Assembly: GCA_950097015.1 (NCBI GenBank)
Contig: CATNEN010000001.1
Span: forward strand, 5,270,001-5,334,000
Direction of reading: 5' to 3'
Length of the DNA: 64,000 nucleotides
Origin: Macrostomum hystrix
Taxonomy: Eukaryota > Animalia > Platyhelminthes
Part shown: positions 46,301 through 58,500 of the stretch, in pieces
Numbering within the stretch: position 1 is the stretch's first letter
How the letters are laid out: each line of letters opens with the position of its first letter
Translations under genes and position numbers: made by a program
The notes under the pieces: generated by a model
Databases searched by the model: none
Told to the model about the DNA's origin: nothing
What the model saw: only the letters and a program-made list of their open reading frames with translations

Positions 46301-49300
46301 TTTAAGTTATCACATATAAATGTATGACCAAATTCAGCAAAAGAATGTCAAGCAATTGCATTTAAGTTGATTATATTGCAATCAGTAAGTCAGGTACGAC
46401 ATCATACTACATTACGACATTGTGCCAGTTTAGTTTAAATAAAATAATTACTTATAACTTAAAAACTAATGTGTCATTAGGAAGTGCAATGTTTAAAATT
46501 AAAATAGTGTTCACTATTTAGTTAATAATATTTTAATATAAATTAATTGATTGATAAGCTAAAAAGTTAATGATCTTTAAATATATTATTTAAACTGATT
46601 GAAAATAAGTAATATCTGATTATCAAGTGAAATTATTGTCAACCGGGTAGATCTTCTTACTGATGGCTTGAAATAAAAATACGCGATTAATATTAGTAAC
46701 CAGCACACTTCAATAGACAGTGCAGACAACAATCCATCTATAGGCCGATGCATAATATGACTGATAGCAATCGAATGAAATCAGAATTCCTATAAAATCT
46801 GTATCGATGATGCTTGTGGTAGAATCTTATCTACACCGTGGTAGAAACGGGAGATAAGAGATGAGATGGGGAGGAGAAATGAAACAGTAGAGATGAGACA
46901 GGGGAGAGATGAGACAGGGGAGAGGTGAGACAGGGGAGAGATGAGACACGGGAGAGATGAGACAGGGGAAAGATGAGACACGGGTGAGATGAGACACGGG
47001 AGAGATGAGACACAGGAGAGATGACACACAGGAAAGATGAGACAGGGGAGAGATGAGACACGGGTGAGATGAGACACGGGAGAGATGAGACAGGGGAGAG
47101 ATGAGACACGGGTGAGATGAGACACGGGAGAGATGAGACACGGGAGAGATGAGACACGGGTGAGATGAGACACGGGAGAGATGAGACACGGGAGAGATGA
47201 GACAGGGGAAAGATGAGACACGGGTGAGATGAGACACGGGTGAGATGAGACACGGGTGAGATGAGACACGGGAGAGATGACACACAGGAAAGATGAGACA
47301 CGGGAGAGATGAGACACAGGAGAGATGAGACACAGGAAAGATGAGACAGGGGAGAGATGAGACACGGGTGAGATGAGACACGGGTGAGATGAGACACGGG
47401 AGAGATGAGACAGGGGAGAGATGAGACACGGGTGAGATGAGACATGGGAGAGATGAGACACGGGTGAGATGAGACACGGGAGAGATGAGACACGGGTGAG
47501 ATGAGACACGGGAGAGATGAGACAGGGGAGAGATGAGACATGGGTGAGATGAGACAGGGGAGAGATGAGACACGGGTGAGATGAGACACGGGAGAGATGA
47601 CACACAGGAAAGATAAGACAGTGGAGAGATGACACACAGGAAAGATGAGACAGGGGAGAGATGAGACAGGGGAGAGATGATACAGGGGAGAGATGAGACA
47701 CGGGAGAGATGAGACAGGGGAGAGATGAGGCAGGGGAGAGATGAGGCAGGGGAGAGATGAGACAGGGGAGAGATGAGACAGGGGAGAGATGAGACAGGGG
47801 AGAGATGATACAGGGGAGAGATGAGACACGGGAGAGATGAGACAGGGGAGAGATGAGGCAGGGGAGAGATGAGGCAGGGGAGAGATGAGACAGGGGAGAG
47901 ATAAGGCAGGGGAGAGATGAGACAGGGGAGAGATGAGTAAAGACATGAGACAAGGAGTAGACTGTGACAGGAGCGAGATCAGACACAGATATGTTGGAAG
48001 GGTTGGATTCAGCTCAGATTCAGTATTGTAGACACTGGGTTACAGATTATTGTATTACTCAAATAATTCAATAAACAAGTAAAGTAAATACCATTGACAA
48101 CACAAATAAGTGGAAATAAAAATAGACAAGAAAATAGCAAAGCCCATTTAATATTGATAGTTTAAAAGGAAAACAAAATCAATGAAATTGTAGTAAAGCA
48201 CTGTGTCTAGTAAATCTGAAAGACAGGTTGGCAAGACAAGCGGATTAAATACATACATTGCGGGGCGCTAGGCCTGAAGTACATCACAAGCTTTGGTCCG
48301 ACTGGAATGGTAGGCGAGAAACGGAATGCAATTAATTATTTTGCTATATAAAAAAAAATAACTGTAACAGACTAACAGAGCATGCAAACTTTTTGAATGA
48401 AAATCAACTAGAGTATGTTTTCTATGCAAATTGATACACAACTATAAAACTGATTAAAATCAATCATTTTTTGTTATGTCAGGTTGTTTAAACAAAACAA
48501 AAAAGATAGCGTCCCGCGCCAACTTTTATTGTTAAAATGAGCCTTAGTTTTTTTTGCATTCTGTATAAAATAACGGCAACAAACCAACTGCACTACTTAT
48601 TTAGCCAGAAAATGTTAAGTAGTCAAGTAACGAATATTAGATGCGAAATTTGTGAATTGTGAAAAATAACTTACCCCGCATGCTTTGAATGACCGAATTT
48701 AACTCCAACAGAGCATCAGCAATCTGTCTAGACAAGCCGGCCATTTTGCTTCGACCAGTTTTGCTCGGAGCATTGATTACTTCCAGTAGCATCTCCATTA
48801 GGCTCAGATAGCAGTGACACAAATCCCTGGCTGTCATGTACAATCGATAACTTGGCTCGTCCAGGCCTTCAACGAAACGACCGCCCCGCGGCTTGCCACT
48901 TGAATCGTGTGAATCTGATGATTTATGCTGCTGCTGCTGCTGCTGGCTAGGCTGTGAGAACAGAGCACAAGCTAGTTTAACACCGGACAGAAGATCAGCC
49001 ACAGCTTTGCGAGAAATGTTGGCAGCCGCCATCACGTCCGACTGCTTGCCGGAGTTGGCCGCGTGCATCACGTGACTTGTGCCTGCAGTGACAGTCAGGG
49101 ATTGTGCTTTTCAATCGGTCATTACCCTCTAGTAGAATGTTTTCAAATCGGTCATTACCCTCTAGTATAATGTTTACAAATCGGTCATTACCCTCTAGTA
49201 GAATGTTTTCAAATCGGTCATTACCGTCTAGTAGAATGTTTTCAAATCGGTCATTACCCTCTAGTAGAATGTTTTCAAATCGGTCATTACCCTCTAGTAG

Positions 49301-52300
49301 ACTGTTTAAAATCAGTCATTGCACTCTAGTAGAATGTTTTCAAATCGGTCATTACCCTCTAGTAGAATGTTTACAAATCCGTCATTACCCTCTAGTAGAA
49401 TGTTTACAAATCGGTCATTACCCTCTAGTAGAATGTTTACAAATCCGTCATTACCCTCTAGTAGAATGTTTTAAATCGGTCATTACCCTCTAGTAGAATG
49501 TTTTCAAATCGGTCATTGCACTCTAGTAGACTGTTTCAAATCGGTCATTACCCTCTAGTAGAATGTTTTGAATCGGTCATTACCCTCGAGTAAAATGTTT
49601 TCAAATCGGTCATTACCCTCTAGTAGAATGTTTTCAAATCGGTCATTGCACTCTAGTAGAATGTTTTCAAATCGGTCATTAATCTCTATTAGAATGTTTT
49701 CAAAGCGGTCATTACCCTCTAGTAGAATGTTTTTCAATCGGTCATTACCCTCTAGTAGAATGTTTTAAATCGGTCATTACCCTCGAGTAAAATGTTTTCA
49801 AATCGGTCATTACCCTCTAGTAGAATGTTTACAAATCGGTCATTGCACTCTAGTAGAATGTTTACAAATCGGTCATTACCCTCTAGTAGAATGTTTACAA
49901 ATCGGTCATTACCCTCTAGTAGAATGTTTTCAAATCGGTCATTACCCTCTAGTAGAATGTTTTCAAATCGGTCATTACCCTCTAGTAGAATGTTTTCAAA
50001 TCGGTCATTCCCCATAGACTGTTTTAATAGTAAATTGCCCACTCACCAGTGATAATGGGATTTTTCAAAGTTTCCAAATCATCCGGAGTGACAACTTTGC
50101 GATCTTCGGGCAGTTCAACGCCTTCGTACATCTTCAATTCTTGGTTGACAGCTTCAATGGCGGCTTCCAGAGCTCTCGTACCCCGGCAGGACTCGTCTTC
50201 AACAGTTTTAACAGTCTTCAATAGGGAAGTGACATTGCTAACTAGATTCTTAGCCGAGTCTTTCAGGGCGCCAATGCTGGGATCGTTGGGCTGACGGCCG
50301 TAGGCGAATTTGGTAGCCGAGATCATCTCAGACAGTGCCGAAGCTACATCTCTGGCTGCATTGATCAGCATCACCTGAATGGGGTGTTGGGATCATTTGC
50401 AAGGATTAGGATAGGATTTGAATTACGATAGATGCGGGGCGATAGATATAGGGGATGGTAGATACCGGATGGTAGATAGGAGATGGTAGATACCGGATGG
50501 TAGATAGGAGATGGTAGATAGGAGATGGTAGATAGGAGATGGTAAATATAAGATGGTAGATAGGAGATGGTAGATAGGAGATGGTAGATAGGAGATGGTA
50601 AATATAAGATGGTAGATAGGAGATGGTAGATAGGAGATGGTAAATATAAGATGGTAGATAGGAGATCGTAGATATGAGACGGTAGATAGGAGATGGTAGA
50701 TAGGAGATAGTAGATAGGAGATGGTAAATATAAGATGGTAGATAGGAGATGGTAGATAGGAGATGGTAAATATAAGATGATAGATAGGAGATCGTAGATA
50801 TGAGACGGTAGATAGGAGATGGTAGCTAGGAGATGGTAGATAGGAGATGGTAGATAGGAGATGGTAGATAGGAGATGGTAGCTAGGAGATGGTAGATAGG
50901 AGATGGTAGCTAGGAGATGGTAGATAGGAGATGGTAGATAGGAGATGGTAGATAGGAGATGGTAGGTGGGAGAACGTAGATAGGAGATGGTAGCTCGGAG
51001 ATGGTAGCTAGGAGATGGTAGATATGAGATGGTAGATAATAATAATCGAGATACGAAAGTGAGAAGTAGGTGAAGATAATATGAATTCAATAAAAACCAC
51101 AGAAAGCTTATCACCTGAGCGTCGCTCTGCTCAGTGCCCAGAGAGGCTGCGCCAAATTTGACAGTGTCAGTGAGTCGCGTAATGGAGTCCACAGCATCCT
51201 GAGCACTCTTGGCCAGATCCTCTTGATTGCTGGCAGCTCCGGCTACCAACTTTTTCGTGTCCTCAACTAGAGCGCGAGCCGTTTTCAGAATGCTCTCCCT
51301 GAAAAGTAAGAAAAATAAATAATTGAAAATTTACACTACTTAGGTGCAGTAGTTCAGTAGTATTCATAGAAAAAATACACCAAAAAACAATAAATGCGCG
51401 GAAATGTCGAAATATCATATCACATGCAAATCAGTATTTGACAAAAAATATACTACCTAAAAAAATTAAAAAAGTTCAAAACTTTGGTACAAAGCCAGAC
51501 TGGGTTTGCAATCACACACAGGCCAAAACACTGAACCAAAAACTTCACAATACGCGACAATACAAAAGCAATGCACTAAAAGTTGCATAACAACTACACT
51601 GTTAGGTACTTATTTGTTTTGGATGCTGTCAGTGTTAATCCATAATATGGGAATCTCAGGAATACGATAATTAATTCGCTGGATTCCTAAACCAACTCAA
51701 TGGGATAAGTATTCTCAATATGGGGATCTCGGGAATTAATCTAAAGTAAAATTATTTCAAGGATGCGATAAAAAATCCTAAATTTATGAATCGAGAGAAT
51801 CGTATAATTAATCCTTGATTTGGTGATCTAGGGAATGGGAAAACTAATCGACAAAATCGGGGGTTTTGGAATGGGATAATTAATCCACAATATGGGAATC
51901 TAGGGAGTGGGATAAATTATCCACAATATGGGAATCTATAGGGAGTGTGATAAATTATCCACAATATGGGAATCTATAGGGAGTGGGATAAATTATCCAC
52001 AATATGGGAATCTATAGGGAGTGGGATAATTAATCCACAATATGGGGACCTATAGGGAGTGGGATAAGTTATCCACAATATGGGAATCTATAGGGAGTGG
52101 GATAAATTATCCACAATATGGGAATCTATAGGGAGTGGGATAAATTATCCACAATATGGGAATCTATAGGGAGTGGGATAAATTATCCACAATATGGGAA
52201 TCTAGGGAGTGGGATAAATTATCCACAATATGGGAATCTATAGGGAGTGGGATAAATTATCCACAATATGGGAATCTATAGGGAGTGGGATAAATTATCC

Positions 52301-55300
52301 ACAATATGGGAATCTATAGGGAGTGGGATAAATTATCCACAATATGGGAATCTAGGGAGTGGGATAAATTATCCACAATATGGGAATCTATAGGGAGTGG
52401 GATAAATTATCCACAATATGGGAATCTATAGGGAGTGGGATAAATTATCCACAATATGGGAATCTATAGGGAGTGGGATAAATTATCCACAATATGGGAA
52501 TCTATAGGGAGTGGGATAAATTATCCACAATATGGGGACCTATAGGGAGTGGGATAAATTATCCACAATATAATGGGAATCTATAGGGAGTGGTATAAAT
52601 TATCCACAATATGAGGATCTAGGAAATAAGATAATTAATCTGCAATCTCCAAGTTGGTGATTTAGTGGGTTGAGATATCATTTCAATGCAATCATAACTT
52701 ATTAATTTACAAGTGTGAGGCAGACAAACAAGGAAAAACGTCAAGCCCAGCCAATATATAGATACGAGCTAGGCCAACCTTTCTATACTGTAATCTGGCT
52801 GATAGCTTTGAGTATGAGGCACCAACTCGTAACCCTGAGCTGCGTCTGTTAAACTGTAGAAATTGTTTCATATAAAATTCATCACAAAGATATAATTGAG
52901 AACGTTACAAAACGCAAATAATTCAATCTGTGTAATCAATATCATAATATATATATTAATTAGGCATCCGATTATAGCAATTGGAACGTATTTTTGTTAA
53001 CAAAAATGTATGAGGAAAATGCGATAACTGTCTACTCATAGTAGAATGTCAAATTACGGATATGCAATTCCAAATCGATATGCCATATTTTTTAAGAAAT
53101 CCAAGAAATCAAGTTTTCTAAGAATCAAGCTTTCTAGGAATCAAGATTTCTAGGAATCTAGTTTTCTAAGAATCAAGCTTTTTAGGAATCAAGATTTCTA
53201 GGAATCTAGATTTCTACGAAGCTAGTTTTCTAAGAATCAAGCCTTAATACGAAGCAAGTTTTCTAAGAATCAAGCCTTAATACGAAGCAAGTTTTCTAAG
53301 AATCAAGCCTTAATACGAAGCAAGTTTTCTAAGAATCAAGCTTTCTAGGAATCTAGCTTTCTACGAAGCTAGTTTTCTAAGAATCAAGCCTTAATACGAA
53401 GCAAGTTTTCTAAGAATCAAGCCTTAATACGAAGCAAGTTTTTTAAGAATCAAGCTTTCTAGGAATCTAGCTTTCTACGAAGCTAGTTTTCTAAGAATCA
53501 AGCCTTATTACGAAGCAATTTTTCTAAGAATCAAGCTTTCTACGAAACTAGTTTTCTAAGAATCGAGTTATAAGAATTGAGCTTTCAAACAATCAAGCTT
53601 TCTTTCTAAGAATCAATGTCTCTAAAAGCTAGTTTATTAAGAGTCAAGCTTTCTTAGAACCAAGCTTTCTAAGAATCAAGTTTTCTAAAAGTTTTTTAAG
53701 AACCATGGTTTTTTCAGAATTAATTTTACAAAGAATTTCGATTTTTAGGAATCATGTTTTCCAAGAATAAGGTCTTTTAGGAAGATTGATTCTTTCAGAA
53801 TTAAGTTTTCTAAGAACCTCGTCATTTTAAGATTTAAACTCTTCAAGAATCAAGCTTTCTAAGAATCTAGATTTCTAAGAATTAGGCTTTTAAAGAATTG
53901 AGATTTCATAGAATTAAGATTTCTAGGAAAACTTTTTCTAAGAAAATAAAAGAACCTAGATTTCTAAGAATCAAGCTTTCTAAGAAGCGGGCTTTCAAAG
54001 AATAAAGCTTTCTAAGAATCTAGATTTCTAAGAATCAAGATTTCTAAGAATCAAGATTTTCAAAAATCTAGATTAGCTTTCTAAAAATCATAATTCAATG
54101 ATTTAAATGTGAAAGAATCGAATTACTTCAAGCTCTCCCAGAAGAAACCCAAAGCAACAACAAAGCAACAGACCTATGCTCAGTAAAGGTAGACCGATCG
54201 AAAGCATTAAGCGTGCCAGCCGAAGCAAACATAATGGTTGTATCCAAATCCGAGATGATACCGGACACAGTGTTGGCGGCATTGATGCACGCCTGGGTGC
54301 CCCGATGCGAGGCCTGCAGCGGGCTCAGCAGTTCCGCCAGATGCTCGGCTAGCCTAGGCTGCACGTCTAGGACTAACCGATCGGCGTGCTCAGACGATGG
54401 CAGTGAAGAATGCAACTGAGCAGTGTCTAGACAGTCCCTACCGATGGCTAACAGTGCCCGACTCATTCTGCGCTCAGTGTCAGCGCTGCGACACGTTGCC
54501 ATGGCGCCTCTGGCCTCGGCAACCAGAGCTCTGTACTGCTCGGCGAGCTGGTGTAACTGGGCGGCATCGGCCACGCCATCGGTGGCAACGGCGGTACACA
54601 GATCCTGATGAGTCCGACGAAGATCGGCGCAGATGCGAACAACGCGAGTTTGAAAGTCGACAAGGCTCAGAGTGGGCGAGACGGCGAGATCGCCGTAGGG
54701 CGCTTCCACTCGGTCCATGTCGCGCTCGATGGCTTCGGTAAGGAAGGTGTAGTCGCCGCCTGAAGCGACAGCGGCCGCCAGGGTGTCCAGCAGCTCTCGG
54801 CAGGCTTCTTCGAGAATTTCGCGCGATTCTCGCAAAACGTCGCGAGCGGACGAGCCGGCTTCGGGATTGCCGCCGGTTTGATGACAGGCTGGCGTGTTGG
54901 AAATCGATATTAAAATGACAATGCTATGTCCGCTGACAAGCTTCTTTGTCATAAAAAATTATTTAAACCTGTCCTAATTAAGTCTGATGTGCAGCTATTG
55001 CACGGCGGATCTTATCAAGCTGCGCACGGCTGTTCAGTCCATCGACCATTCCAGACCTCAATTAAATAAGCTACTAATCACTCTACTAAATAATCTACTA
55101 ATCACTCTACTAAATAATCTACTAATCACTCTACTGAATAAGCTACTGGGCCTCTAAAAACATATTTCAATTACAAACCCTCTAAGAATCCTTCGGCAGC
55201 TTCCAGTACAGTTTTAGTCTGATCAAACAGGGCCTCCTGTTCATTAGCTGGCGCGCATTGCTGACTACCAATGCAGGCGTCTTTTAGTGCGGTCAAAAAG

Positions 55301-55556
55301 CTGCTCAAATTCGGAGCGGAGTGTGCCAGAGTTTCTGGTTCGGAAAGTGCGGCAGCTTCTATCGTAGGCAGCAGGTTGACAATGTAACTAGCGCTAGTTG
55401 ACATCTGTTGCATACACGGATTGCTGCCATCGCCGTGCTGGTGACTGCCCAATGTAGAACGGCCGCCGAGTTCAAGATTGCGCAGTTCGTTTTGAGCAGA
55501 TCGAGTAGAGTCGATTGCTTCGCCGACCTCTTTACGACCCGGGGCCATGTCTCTGA

Positions 55557-55589
<33 letters not shown>

Positions 55590-58500
55590 TTAATAATAGT
55601 AATAATTGACTACACCTGCTCCAATTGGGTCAGATGTGCAGCCGACAGCACAGCCGCAGCTATTGCGCGGCGCATCTGAAGGCTGCGTACGGCTGTTCAG
55701 TCCACGGACTGGGGGGAGCCACACCTACCTTCAATTATCCCAGCTGATGCTGGTACCCATTTAACAGCTGGGTGAACTGAAGCAATGCAGAGTTAAGGTG
55801 TCTTGCTAGAGGACACAAATTTTTCTAGTGGAGTCGGGAATCGAACCCTCGACCTTCAATTCATATGTCCAACGCTCTAACCACTAGGCTAAAACCTGTC
55901 AGTTTCAAAGTTTCAAAGCTAAGAAAATATCCCATATATCATCAAGCAAGAGAATATCCCATAAGATCCTTAAATTTAGAATAATTTATTTTTTAATCAT
56001 TGAAATTCAGAGAAATCTATCTTCAGATTTCGGAATTAATTTTTCCTCATTTGAATTTGAACCACATTTATCCTCAAATTTCAGGGTGGTGAGTGGTAGA
56101 GCTGTCTAATTAATGCGTTTGCCTCTCGCGCCAATGTTCTTAAGCTCGATTCCGCGGCGAGGCCACATTCGTTTGGGGCGCAGCCGCGGAGAGAAGGCTT
56201 AGGAGTCAGCGCAATGGGCAGAATTGCCTCCTCGCTGGCTGCTGGGTCCAGTGTCACCAAATGATGTGCCATTGTCCGCAGCCCTCCTGCATTTCTTAGA
56301 TTTCAGGATTAAATTTGCTACCAAAAACACTCCGAGATCCTCATGGACATCCAATCATAAATTTGGAACAATCCATCCCATTTGAAAAGCAAATCAAACC
56401 TGATAGCGGTGACCAGCAGTTTAACGGCATCAGACACAGCCTTGGAGCTGCTACTGTAGCTCTCGTACATTCTGGAATCGTTTCTCCTAGCGCTTAAATG
56501 TCTGGCAGCTTTCACTAGCAGAATGGCAGCCTCTGTTAAGCTGTCGGTGCAGGCCACTAGAGGTTCCTGAGCTCGCAGGCCGGAGTCAGATATTTCAGCG
56601 GCCTGACCAGAGCACTCAGCTCCGCCAGCGAGGCCGTAGAGTTTCTCGATGGCTTCACACAATTTCGCAGCTTGATCGTCGAATTGAGGCTTCAATTTGT
56701 CGAAATCTTTCTCCATTTCCTGAGGTTCGGTTTGTTAGTTTGTTTATTATTAAACTGTAGATAGACTACTATATTTCCCCCTCTGGGGAAATATTTCAAA
56801 TACCCAATGCCTACTGCTTTATCCGGTTAGACAACTTACAGAATCACGGAAAAAAAGTAACGTTTTAAAAGCTACGTTTCGTTACTTTTAGAGTAAAAAT
56901 GTTGAACCTACGTTACTTTGACTCTGAAAGCTAACAAATCAGTGATTTAGAACATTTAAAATCAAAAGTAACGATTTCCCTTATTCGTTGCTCTCTATTT
57001 TAGAAACTGGACTGCATCTAGGACATGTTTACATTAAAGACAGTAAATTCGTTACTTTTAAGAGATCGCTAAAAATATTACTCTCGTTACTTCTTTAGAC
57101 TGGAAAATCGATTTTAAATCGTTAATTTTCTTTTAATCGCTAACGTGTTGACTGTAAGTCGTTATTTTTTCGTTAGGAATATAAAAACTCTTTATGATAA
57201 CCACAAGTCAAAAAGAATCTTACGCGAATAGCGTTGACCAAATTGCTAGTCTCCAAGGCCACATCTTTGGCCATCTGTACGACCCGTCGACCGATGGTTT
57301 CATTGCCGCTGCTTCGACTCTTAGCAGTTTTACAATGCGACACAATAGTCTCAGCAGCCTTAGTTATAGCTTGGGCGGTGCGATAGATCTGTATTAATTA
57401 TGGTAAGTTTAAAATACGAGGTAACTGGATACAAAAAATATTTAATATTTTAATACAAAAAACAAAAAATAATATGTCAAAAATTACGTTTAAATTTGAA
57501 TGGCTGATTGACTTTTTAGAACTAAAGGCTTAACCTCTCTAACATAGTCTGCTTCTCAGCAATACTAGCATCTAGTCGATCGCGGGTAAGAACTTAACCC
57601 TACAAGCAGCCAGTCTATGGGTAAGAACTTAACCCTACAAGCAGCCAGTCTATGGGTAAGCACTTAACCCCACAAGCACGCAGTCTATGGGTAAGCACAT
57701 AACCCCACAAGCAGCCAGTCTATGGGTAAGCACTTAACCCTACAAGCACACAGTCTATGGGTAAGCACTTAACCCCACAAGCACATAGTCTATGGGTAAG
57801 CACTTAACCCCACAAGCACGCAGTCTATGGGTAAGCACTTAACCCTACAAGCAGCCAGTCTATGGGTAAGCACTTAACCCTACAAGCACGCAGTCTATGG
57901 GTAAGCACTTAACCCCACAAGCACGCAGTCTATGGGTAAGCACTTAACCCCACAAGCACGCAGTCTATGGGTAAGCACTTAACCCTACAAGCAGCCAGTC
58001 TATGAGTAAGCACTTAAACCCTACAAGGATCCAGTCTATGGGTAAGCACTTAACCCTACAAGGATCCAGTCTATGGGTAAGCACTTAAACCCTACAAGGA
58101 TCCAGTCTATGGGTAAGCACTTAACCCTACAAGGATCCAGTCTATGGGTAAGCACTTAACCCCACAAGCACGCAGTCTATGGGTAAGCACTTAACCCCAC
58201 AAGCACGCAGTCTATGGGTAAGCACTTAACCCTACAAGCAGCCAGTCTATGAGTAAGCACTTAAACCCTACAAGGATCCAGTCTATGGGTAAGCACTTAA
58301 CCCTACAAGGATCCAGTCTATGGGTAAGCACTTAAACTCTACAAGGATCCAGTCTATGGGTAAGCACTTAACCCTACAAGGATCCAGTCTATGGGTAAGC
58401 ACTTAACCCTACAAGCAGCCAGTCTATGGGTAAGCACTTAACCCCATTATAATAAAATACCTAAAACCACACAAGACAATTTTGCAAAATTCGAAACAAA

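Noticed and set aside
15237-47986. Many long ORFs of [30 protein letters not shown] or GRTPPNPS repeats
   Set aside because: Translations of mini- and microsatellites, open in several frames.
54604-54625. CTGATGAGTCCGACGAAG hammerhead-like string
   Set aside because: Antisense to a talin exon, has GAAG instead of GAAA and no loop for stem II; coincidental.
55825-55900. Functional tRNA gene
   Set aside because: A/B boxes are present but the cloverleaf is imperfect and it continues into a SINE body and tail; the same applies to the family A and B heads.
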